Positions 25,293 to 36,200 of a DNA stretch of 64,000 nt are shown in pieces. The stretch's first letter is position 1. Each line of letters opens with the position of its first letter. The notes below the pieces were generated by a model that saw only the letters and a program-made list of their open reading frames with translations, made no database searches and was not told the origin of the DNA. The position numbers and the translations under genes are program-made. The DNA is from Zootoca vivipara (Eukaryota). Location: assembly GCF_963506605.1 (NCBI RefSeq), contig NC_083288.1, positions 32,922,001-32,986,000 of the forward strand, written 5' to 3'.

Positions 25293-28174
25293 ATGTGCAA
25301 GATGTTGGTTGTCTTGCTCCTGGTACTATTTACGCCAAAGGTATGTCAGCTCCACATAGCAAAATGCAAGGTTCCTTATATACACCAGCCACTTCATAAG
25401 TACCATCAATCAGGAGATTTTATCATTGGTGGCATTGCTTCTCATGGTGGCTTCGTCTCCAATCCAGGAACCTTCACTGAACAAGCCCCACCGGAATTAT
25501 CTGAAGAGCTTGTGTAAGAATTTTTTTCCCCTTCTATTTATTATGTTGCTGGAGTGATCAGACCTAAAACAGCAGCCTGCAGGAGCTGCAAACCTATGCA
25601 CACTTATTTGAGAATATTGTCATTCAGGAAAAAGAAGAGAAAGAAAACCCCACTGTGGTAGTGGGAATTTTTGGGGTGGGTGGGGGGACAGTTTATTCCA
25701 AGGTAAAAATGCATGGGATTTCAGCCTAACAATTCTGTATCTATAAATATTGTTGGAACTGTGTGATCAAGAATGCAATTTTTGTTCCAGCGTGGTGCCT
25801 AAGGGTTACCAGCATATCCTGGCCTTGGCATTTGCTGTCAAGGAGATCAATGGAAACCCTCACATCTTGCCAAATGTCACCTTGGGCTTCCACATCTATG
25901 ACAGCTATGTTGATGCAAGGAAAACATATCATGCCACAATGCTACTTTTATCTACACTGGAGAAATTTCTCCCCAACTATATATGTGATACACAGAATAA
26001 TCTGACAGCTGTCATTGGGGGTCTCGACTCCCAGATCTCCCTTCATGTGGCAACTATTTTGGATATTTATAAGATTCCACAGGTAGGACACCTAGGCCTG
26101 TTTCTGAATGGACTATGGAAATTGAAAAATGCAGTCATACTTTTTCTTTATATCTTCCAGCTTGTATTATGCTATTTAGAAACAAAAATGGTTTCATTGG
26201 GAATAATCAGATCAAATATTCTTTTTCTTTCTTTCCTTTGCGTGTATCATGCACACTGAGAACAGTTCATTGACAGATGAAAAGCAAAGAAACCTATAAG
26301 GAACATGATTTTCCTAGATGAGAACTGAGTTTGAGCACTACATTTGTGTGGGAGGCCTTGAATTTAAAGATGTATAGCATCCTCTGCTGAATCACAAACC
26401 CTGTAATGACCTGCCCATCTGTAGGCATTAATTGGGGGCCAACTTTATAAAATAGATCACAATTTTCTCTGAAGCAACACCAAAAAGTTAAAAAACTAAG
26501 TTGGTTTAAACTGAGGGAGAATTGGATGCTATGCCAGTCAGGCAATTAAAAATACTGTGATTAACTGATGCAGATTGAGCTCCTAATGTTAATGGAAATA
26601 GTTTGTATATCTCCACTTCAGGATTGATCAGAACGGATTCAACTGGGTCTTCAATTTCATCATTAGTGACTCAGGAAGTACAGTTGAGAGATAAAATGTT
26701 TCCTGATGCTAAAGATGCACTATTTATATGGATGTTCAGATGCGCATGTCAACTACATTTCACCATGCATAACACTGTTATTTAATTGAGGGTGTTTTTT
26801 CTCTCTTCCCAACACACCTCTCTTTAGCTCATATTTGGCCCGGCTCCAGTGATGAATGATAAAACCCCAGGACTACCTTTCTACCAGATGGCCCCCCAAG
26901 AAGGCCACCAGTTTGCAGGGATTCTTTCTTTGCTTCTGCATTTCAGGTGGACTTGGATTGGGCTCACAGTGGTTGACAATGACAGTGGAGAAAGATTTGT
27001 ACAAAATGTGCTCCCAATGTTTTCAAACAGAGGTATTTGTTTTGCCTTTCTAGAAACAATCCCAAGATTCAGTTTTATCACTGAAGGACTCACCCTGATG
27101 CAACAGGGGGGAAGAATGCATGATAGAGTGATGGGTAGCAAAGCCAATGTTGTGGTGGCCTATGGAGAAGCTTCTACCACTGTATTTTTTAGATGGCTTC
27201 CTTATCTATCAATGCTTGGGAGCATGAAAACAAATGTAAAAAGTAAAGTATGGATCTCGACAGCCCAATTTGAATTCATTTCCTTGGCCTTTCAGCGGGA
27301 TTGGGATGCAGAAATATTCAATGGTGCCATATCCTTTAGAATTCACTCCAATAATCTACCTGGATTTCATCAATATGTTGAGGACAGGAACCCTTTCAAT
27401 GCAGAAGGTGATGATTTCATTGGGGATTTCTGGCAACAAGCCTTTGGCTGTGTATTCCCACATCGCATTCTGGGTGATGTCAAGGGGGATATCTGCACTG
27501 GGAAAGAGAGAGTGGAGAACCTTCCTGCATCTCTCTTTGAAATGACAGTGCAAGGTCTAAGCTACAGCATCTACAATGCTGTCCATGCTGTTGCCCATGC
27601 ATTGCATGCCATGTTCTTACAAAGACTTGGATACCCAGGAATGGTGGATGGAAGGAGAGACAAGCTTCAGAAGCAGCAGTTTTGGCAGGTAAGGGGCAAG
27701 AAATCCTTAAGTTGCATGTGACTACAGTGGGACCCTCATACCCACGGGACCGCCTCTCCTGGTATGCCCCGCGGAGGACCTTAAGGTCCACAAACAACAA
27801 TAATCTGGAGATCCCAAGCCATAAAGTGGCTAGATTGGCCTCAACTACGGCCAGGGCCTTTTCAGTATTGGCCCCAACTTGGTGGAACGCTCTTTCACAG
27901 GAGACCAGGGCCCTGCAGGATTTGTCATCTTTCTTCAGGGCCTGCAAGACAGAGCTGTTCCGCCTAGCCTTTGGGTTGGATTCAGTCTGACCCCTGTGTT
28001 TTCCTCCCTCGTGGCTGGATTTATGGACTACGTAAAATGAGGCTGCATTTTAAATTTTAATATTGTATTTTAATCTGTATTTTAATTAATTGCTTTTTAT
28101 GTTTTATTGTAATTTTATTGGTGTTAGGCGCCCTGAGCCCGGTTTTGACTGGGGAGGGTGGGGTATAAATAAAA

Positions 28175-28222
<48 letters not shown>

Positions 28223-31200
28223 AAACTGAATTCATTCTGGAAGTCTGTTCTTAAACCAAAGCGTTCTTAAACCAAGGTACGCTTTCCCTACTGAGGCCTC
28301 CCGCCACCGGTGCCCTTCCACCATTTGGCTTCCCTTCATCTTCCGAGGCAAAGTTAGCTAGCCGGAACACCTGCTTCCGGTTTTGGGAAGTTTGTTGCCC
28401 AAATAGTTCGTTAGTGGGTGTTCAGGTAGCATCCCTGACCTCATTGCTTGAAGGAGGAGCCATCCTTCAATCTTTTTCTTCAAATCTGTTCAGGTATGCT
28501 GATGGTCCAGTGCACTCTCATCCTTTTATTCCACATACCTACAATCTCCATACACAAAAGTACAGAAAGACATTTATTTACTCCTAGATTATTAATCTAT
28601 TCACACACCCATTCATTTCTTTTTTCATGATTACCCCAATTCACAGTTATGATCTCATTCATTGGCTACAATATGAGGCTCTTTTCAAGAGATTTGCAGA
28701 ACTTTCGATGGCTTTGGGGTGGAATGTTGAGAAGAATTAACACTCTCTACCTAAAACCTATCTTTGCTGAACATGCACAGTTTTTGGCTGAACCCACACA
28801 CCTCCCCCATATTAATATCAATAGGATTCCAAAATACACACTTCTAAGCCTTCACACAATGTTTATAGGGAGTGGAGAAAAGGGGAAATTTCAGGCCAGC
28901 CATGAGCCCCAATATGCTACATGTATGTTGCAGACAGTGTGACTCCTCATTCTGCACTGAATCTCTTTTTGAAATATTCGAATCCACCCTTTTCTAAATG
29001 CTTGCTTTCTCTTTTCTTCAATCTAGATCCATCATTTTCTGAGAGGTGTCTCATTTAACAACAGTGCTGGAGACACGGTGTCCTTCGATCAGAATGGGGA
29101 GGTAATATCTAGTCTGGACATTATCAACTGGATAATTTCCTCCAACCAGTCCTTTCATAGGGTCAAAGTTGGGAGGATGGATCCTGAGGCTCCTCCAGAC
29201 CAAGCCTTGACCCTTCATGAAGATGCCATAACATGGCCCAGATGGTTTAACCAGGTGGAGTCATGTTCTTAGCTAATTCAAAAGAAATTCATTCTTAAAT
29301 GTGCAATGGTTATTTGTCTTGATGTCTAAGATAAAGTTCACTTCAGAATCAAGGGGGGGGACTTATGAAAAAAATATCATTTTTCCCCTCAATGTAAATT
29401 AATGTATTTGTCCAAGTTGCATAGCTGCCAAGTTATCCCTTTTTTTAAGGGATTTCCCCTTATGCTGAATAGGCTTCCTCGTGAGAAAAGGGAAAACTTG
29501 GCAGCTATGCCAGGTTGTGTGTGTTTATCCCTTTCTTCCCAAATGCAATGTAATGTTGTGTGATCTCTAAAACTATCTATGATATCTGCTATGTATTCCT
29601 TGTCTTAACACAGATAAGAATGCACTCTATGCAGAACCTGACTGATTCCAAACTGATTGTTCTAATGAATATCATGCTTCTGCTTCATTTATGAATTAGG
29701 CTCAGCCTCTTTCTGTCTGTACTAAGAACTGTCACGCAGGATCAAGGAAGAAAGTGAAGGAGGGAAAACCGTTTTGCTGCTATGACTGCATGCCATGCCC
29801 AGAGGGAAAGATTTCAATCGAGGAAGGTAAGAGATTTTTTTTACCTTAAGAGAAATTTGGATCCAGATGCAGTACTTCTATTGAAGTACTTTATTCCTTT
29901 AAAAGCTATGGGACAAATGAAGCCATGACTAACTTGTCCACTTGCTTTCAAAGGGACCAAGCGCTCCTCAGATCAAATCCATAGAATCCCTTCATGGAAC
30001 TTTCATCCTGATTTGTGTACACAATGTTTACAAGGAGTTTGTTCAATTAAAAGCTGAATGTGCTAGACAAAAGCAGCTGTTTATTGTATACTCATTCTGT
30101 GTGAATTTTCAAAAAGGTTTGCATCAAGACAATGTAATCTTAAACTTTCCAGTGTACTCCCCAATCACTTTCATAATTGTAAAAAGTCTGGGCTTTTTTA
30201 GGTGGCGGCTTCTTGGAGAAGAGCTGCAAATCCACTTCAATGGCAGAACATGAATTTGTGCATATGTGATTTAATCCCACACCCAAATGCTGGCAGTCTG
30301 GATGACCCATATATATTCAGTAACCATAAAAATTCAGTCAGGACTTCATCGTGTCCTTTGCTATACCCACCCACTTGACCATCATTCAAGACAGGGTTTA
30401 TTTTGCCTAAGTATATATTCAGTAACCATAAATATTGGGGGGGGGGGATGAAGGATGTTGATGTGATTGATGGAATGTGTATGAGCTGGGGACTGTGTCT
30501 TTCTTTTTTCCAGATATGAGTGACTGTGATAAATGCTCAGACAAAGACTATCCAAGCAAGAACCGAGATGCATGTATTCCCAAGGATATAAGCTTCTTGT
30601 TTTATGAAGAACCTTTGGGCATCAGTTTAGTCTGCTTTTCGCTTTCATTTTCTCTGATCACAGCTCTGGTGCTGGGTACATTTATGAAGCACCATGACAC
30701 TCCCATAGTCATTGCAAACAACAGGAACCTCACCTACACTCTCCTCATTTCTCTCCTGCTCTGCTTCCTTTGTGCACTGCTCTTCATTGGCCAACCTGAG
30801 AAGGTGACCTGTCTCCTGCGACAAACCGCTTTTGGCATCATCTTCTCAGTGGCTGTTTCTTGTGTATTGGCAAAAACCATCACTGTGGTTCTGGCTTTCA
30901 TGGCCACCAAACCTGGATCCAGGATGAGGAGATGGGTGGGGAAGGGACTGGCCAACACCATTGTCCTTTCCTGCTCCTTTGTCCAGGCAGGGATCTGTAC
31001 TGTGTGGCTAGCAACCTCTCCCCCATTTCCTGATACAGACAGTTACTCAGTAGCTAAAGAAATTATACTAGAGTGCAATGAGGGGTCTGTGATGATGTTT
31101 TACTGTGTTCTGAGCTATATGGGCTTCCTGGCAATTATTAGTTTCATTGTCGCTTTCCTTGCCAGGAAATTACCTGACAGTTTCAATGAAGCCAAGTTCA

Positions 31201-31415
31201 TCAGTTTCAGCATGCTGGTCTTTTGCAGTGTTTGGCTCTCCTTTATTCCATCCTACCTGAGCACCAAGGGAAAATACATGGTTGCTGTGGAGATCTTCTC
31301 CATCTTAGCCTCTGGTGCTGGACTGCTGGGTTGCATCTTTTCCCCCAAATGTTATATCATTGTGTTCAGGCCTCAGCTGAACAAGAGGGAACAGCTAATA
31401 AGGAAGAAAAACTAA
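25293..31415 (+). CDS. V2R copy 3; six exons, ~876 aa (start could be 25260, 25293 or 25302)
   Basis: Exons 25293-25513, 25791-26082, 26828-27688, 29027-29254, 29700-29826, 30514-31415; GT-AG, frame intact. Confidence 0.95.
27731..28220 (+). mobile_element. Young 5'-truncated L2 LINE
   Basis: [20 protein letters not shown]...[32 protein letters not shown]; (TTA)n tail; absent from paralogous introns. Confidence 0.88.
28221..28412. mobile_element. Remnant of Tigger/pogo-like MITE (paralog of 36991)
   Basis: Aligns with 37008-37200; left TIR broken by the L2 insertion, right TIR deleted. Confidence 0.7.
29420..29509. mobile_element. 90-bp hAT MITE
   Basis: Perfect 15-bp TIR catagctgccaagtt / aacttggcagctatg; 8-bp TSD ccaagttg / ccaggttg; empty site in copy 6 (~60500). 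Confidence 0.88.
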
Positions 31416-31418
31416 GGA

Positions 31419-31482
<64 letters not shown>

Positions 31483-31484
31483 AA
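31416..31484 (+). repeat. (GAAA)n directly after the copy 3 stop codon
   Basis: Direct reading. Confidence 0.95.
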
Positions 31485-31837
31485 ATCTGTACTATGCTAA
31501 TATTGAATCCAATCTACAAAACCATAGAGGACCCTTTCTTTAAAAAAAAACTACACTTGCAATTTTGCAAATTGAAAATATAAATGGAAGCAACTGATTG
31601 CTTCCCACTCCATACTCTCTTCTCTTCTCTACAAGAAATAAACCCACCTTTTCAAAATATGATAAACACAGCAATTTTAACAACCATTAACACCTATATG
31701 TCCCCAAAATACAAGTGTCCATTCATTTCCATTCATTTCTATTGTTTTTCTTTGATTCTTTCTACTTGTGTGTTATTAAAGTATATGTTCTTGTTTAAAT
31801 AAAAAATGCAATACCCCAGAAAAGGAAGTGAATATTA

Positions 31838-32173
31838 TAGTCATACCTTGGTTTAAGTACACTTCGGTTTGAGTACTTTCAGTTTAAGTACTCCACGGAC
31901 CTGTCTGGAACGAATTAATCCACTTTCCATTACTTTCAAAGGGAAAGTTCGCTTCAGGTTAAGTACACTTCAGGATGAGTACGGATTCACAGAACCAATT
32001 ACACTCATACTTCAGGTTAAGTACGCTTCAGTTTAAGTACTCCGTGGACTGTCTGGAACGGATTGATCCACTTTCCATTACTTTCAATGGGAAAGTTCGC
32101 TTCAGGTTAAGTACGCTTCAGGTTAAGTACAGACTTCCGGAACCAATTGTGTACTTAAACCGAGGTACCACTG
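31838..32173. mobile_element. Tigger/pogo-like MITE with internal ~150-bp tandem duplication
   Basis: TIR tagtcataccttggtttaagtac / gtacttaaaccgaggtaccactg, TA TSD; empty site at ~41716. Confidence 0.85.
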
Positions 32174-32179
32174 TATTTA

Positions 32180-32410
32180 AGTGACACAGCTTCTCATTTG
32201 TCACCATCTCTATTCCTACATCCTTCACTAAAGAAGCTCCACCAGAATTACCTGAAGAGCTTGTGTGAGACCTTTTTTCTTTTTACTTCTATTTATTATG
32301 TTGCTGGAGTGATCAGACCTAGAACAGCAGCCTAAGAACACCTAACTTCCCTCAAATTAAATAAAATCCATATCTGTCTGAAAATGCGTAGGATTATGGT
32401 GTTAAGCCAT
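32180..32410 (+). pseudogene. Orphan V2R exon-1 3' end plus intron-1 start (relic)
   Basis: ccttcactaaagaagctccaccagaattacctgaagagcttgt|gtgaga ([14 protein letters not shown]), followed by sequence matching intron 1 of the V2R genes. Confidence 0.85.
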
Positions 32411-32824
32411 AAATTTAGGGAAAAGGTTCATAAGGATATAACCCCTAAAAAAAGTTTGCTGCGGGTCCACACTTGTCCTCTGTTATTTCTGGTGTCCATT
32501 TCTTTCTCTGCCTCATTCCAAGCCCATGCACCCCTTGCCATGTTGAAGAGGAGTGGGAACTGGGGAACAAAATTGATGTAAATATCTGCCACAGCACAAC
32601 GGTAAATGAAGGGGCGTGACTGCTAAACAAGTATTTTATATTTTTAATTAAAAGCTAAAGGTTGTCTTTTAGCTCACTGACTATATTTTGTTAAAGTTAA
32701 ATGTGCTTTACATGTTGAAATTTGTAAAACTGCTGAGTTAAGAAATACAGAGTTAAATGGAGCTTTCTCTCAAACAACTACTACATGTATAGAACAGAGG
32801 TCCTGCCTCATGGTTGACCAGAGA

Positions 32825-33115
32825 TCCCCATTTTACATTTTGGAGTCTCCTTTGGCTACAGGAGATGCCAGGATGAATTCCTAACTTCACCATTTCCCTC
32901 TCCACCACTGTTTCCATATAATCTAACAAAGGGGAATTTAAAATGAGAGTTGTAAATATTCTCCAGCAATCCTACAGGGAACACAGCATTTTGTCTTTCT
33001 AATTACCTTACCTACAGATCAAAAGGGCTGTAATTAATTCTGCTGCTACTCAAATCCCTGGTGCAGCTTTGGTGGCCACAGGAAAAACTCAAAGCAAATT
33101 ATCTTATAAATATAG
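32825..33115 (+). promoter_or_regulatory. Conserved upstream block, copy 4
   Basis: Near-identical to the copy 3 block; TATAAATA at 33105. Confidence 0.5.
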
Positions 33116-33245
33116 CCATGATCATGATCCTCAATATTCAAGATTTCTGTCTCTCATGAAACTATACTACCTTTCAGTTTTAATGTCAGGATAGCGCTGT
33201 AGAAGAGATTAAATGAATCTGTGGATAGCTGGAAAGCGTGCCCTT

Positions 33246-36200
33246 ATGTGCAAGATGGTGGTTGTCTTGCTCCTGGCACTATTTACTCCACAGGTATGTC
33301 AGCTCCACATAGCAAAATGCAACGTTCCGTATATCCACCAGCCACTTCATAAGTACCATCGATCAGGAGATTTTATCATTGGTGGCATTGCCTCTCATGG
33401 TGGCTTCGTCTCCAGTCCAGGAACCTTCACTGAACAAGCCCCACCAGAATTATCTGAAGAGCTTGTGTAAGAATTTTTTCTTCCCCCTTCTATTTATTAT
33501 GTTGCTGGAGTGATCAGACCTAAAACAGCAGCCTGAAGTATGCACACTTATTTGAGAATATTGTCATTCAGGAAAAAGCAGAGGAGAAAGAAAAAACCAC
33601 TGTGGTAGTGGGAATTTTTGGGGTGGGTGGGTGGACAGCTTATTCCAAGGTAACAATGCATGGGATTTCAGCCTAACAATTCTGTATCTATAAATATTGT
33701 TGGAACTGTGTGATATTCCTCTGATCAAGAATGCAACTTTTGTTCCAGCGTGGTGCCTAAGGGTTACCAGCATATCCTGGCCTTGGCATTTGCTGTCAAG
33801 GAGATCAATGAAAACCCTCACATCTTGCCAAACGTCACCTTGGGCTTCCACATCTATGACAGCTATGTTGATGCAAGGAAAACATATCATGCCACAATGC
33901 TACTTTTATCTACACTGGAGAAATTTCTCCCCAACTATATATGTGATACACAGAATAATCTGTCAGCTGTCATTGGGGGTCTCGACTCCCAGATCTCCCT
34001 TCATGTGGCAACTATCTTGGATATTTATAAGATTCCACAGGTAGGACACCTAGGCCTGTTTCTGAATGGAATATGGAAATTCAAAAATGCAGTCATACTT
34101 TTTCTTTATTTCTTCCAGCTTTTACTATGCTGTTCAGAAACAAAAATGGGTGCATTGGGAATAATCAGATCAAATATTCTTTTTCTTTCTTTCCTTTGCA
34201 TGTATTATCCACACTGAAAACAGTTCATTAACAGCTGAAAAACAAAGAAACCTATAAGGAACATGATTTTCCTAGATGAGAACTGAGTTTGAGCACTACA
34301 TTTGCGTGGGAGGCCTTGAATTTGAAAATCTATAGCATCCTCTGCTGAATCACAAACCCTGTTCTGAACTGCCCATCTATAGGCATAGATTGGGGACCGA
34401 CTTTATAAATAGATCCCAATTTTCTCTGAAGCAACACCATAAATTTAAAAAACTAAGTTGGTTTTAACTTAGAGAGAATTAGATGCTATGCCAGTCAGGC
34501 AATTAAAAATACTGTGATTAGGTGATGCGGATTGAGCTCCTAACGCTAATGGAAATAGTTTGCATATCTCTACTTCAGGATTGACCAGAACGGATTCACC
34601 TGGGTCTGCAATTTCATCATTAGTGACTCAGGAAGTACTGCTAAAATTAGATCCAGCCTCAGCCAAGAGAGTTGTTATCCAAAAGTTAGAGGAGATTGAT
34701 TTCCAATATAATATTATAACGGGCAGTGGCACCTGCTCGCCGATAAATCTTGGCTTAACACCACATCTGAAATTACCATCATACTTGACCACCTTAAATG
34801 TTGCGGGTCATAGATATGCCTTCATAAGGGCCAGATTTAATGCTTTTCCTTCCAACGTGATGGGTAATAGATTCTCAAATGGCCAGATCTCAGTCCTATG
34901 TGACTGTTATAAAAGCTCTATAGAATCCCTGCATCATATAGTTTTCCGTTGCCCACTACATTTAGCTGCCCGGTCCAGATTTCTGTCGCCCTTTATATCA
35001 GCAATATCGGATGAAACCCAATTGGTATACCTATTGAATGATGAGGACCCATCCAGATCCCTTATGGTCGCTAGATTTCTGACTAAAGTCTTTTTTTTTT
35101 TTTTTAACATAATTTTTATTGGTTTTTACAAATTACAAAAAATGGTACATACATAAACACCTTTTCCACCTTCTTCCCACCCCCCTCCATGGGTCCTCCC
35201 CTGCCACAGAAGTATCCCACGCAGGTGATCAGTCAGAAGTGGTCCATTTTATGATTGGGTTTCTGTCCTCCTCCCCCTCCCCTGCCCCCCAAGCCCCCCC
35301 CTGCCACCAGGGAGCTCCAGTGAACCAGGGCAGTACGCAGGAGTTCATCCATCCAACCATCTATTGTCATACCAAAAAAAAAAAAAATACAAAAAGAGAA
35401 AAAGAGAAAAAAGAGAAGAGGAAAAAAAAAGACAAAAAGGAAAAAAGACAAAAAAAAAAAATTCATCATAATTGTTAAATTCATAATTGTTAAACCATAT
35501 TTTGTGGGCTTCCCTTATTGGGTTTTTCATTGCCCACTACATTTAGCTGCCCGGCCAGATTTCTATCACCCTTTATATCGGCAATATCGGATGAAACCCA
35601 ATTGGTATACCTATTGAATGATGAGGACCCATCCAGATCCCTTATGGTCGCTAGATTTCTGACTAAAGTCTTGTTCTATAAGAAGGAAAACAGACTCCTC
35701 TATGATTTTGATTGTCTACCAATATTAACACTTACTAAAGGGACCTAGAAATGTGCTGTGCATTTACAATTTTATTTGGTAGAAGCTGAATTATGGTTTG
35801 GATGATTTGGATTTTATTGAATTTGGTTGTTTTAACTGAATTAATTTTTATCTTAATTTTAATTAATTTGTTTGTTTGAATGTTGTATTGTTACATAGAT
35901 ATGGGCCTATGACTGTAATAAACTTGAATTGAACTGACTCAGGAAGTACAGTTGAGAGATAAAATGTTTCCTGATGCTAAAGATGCACTATTTATATGGA
36001 TGTTCAAATGCACATACCAACTACATTTCACCATGCATAATACTGTTATATAAATGGAGGGTGTTTTTTCTCTTCCCAACACACCTCTCTTTAGCTCATA
36101 TATGGCCCAGCTCCAGTGATGAATGATAAAACCCCAGGACTTCCTTTCTACCAAATGGCCCCCCAAGAAGGCCACCAGTTTGCAGGAATTCTTTCTTTGC

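Noticed and set aside
31223-31543. Alternative-frame ORF MQCLALL...RKERKKE (also 41104, 52845)
   Set aside because: Starts at a non-ATG codon, overlaps exon 6 and stays open only through a stop-free microsatellite.
31860-32150. Repeat-spacer-like pattern (cttcaggttaagtac) resembling a CRISPR array
   Set aside because: Internal repeats of a TA-flanked MITE in vertebrate DNA; irregular spacing and duplicated 'spacers'.
34560-35156. 198-aa ORF as a novel zinc-finger gene
   Set aside because: It is the C-terminus of a truncated LINE ORF2 bounded by a TSD, with no true ATG.
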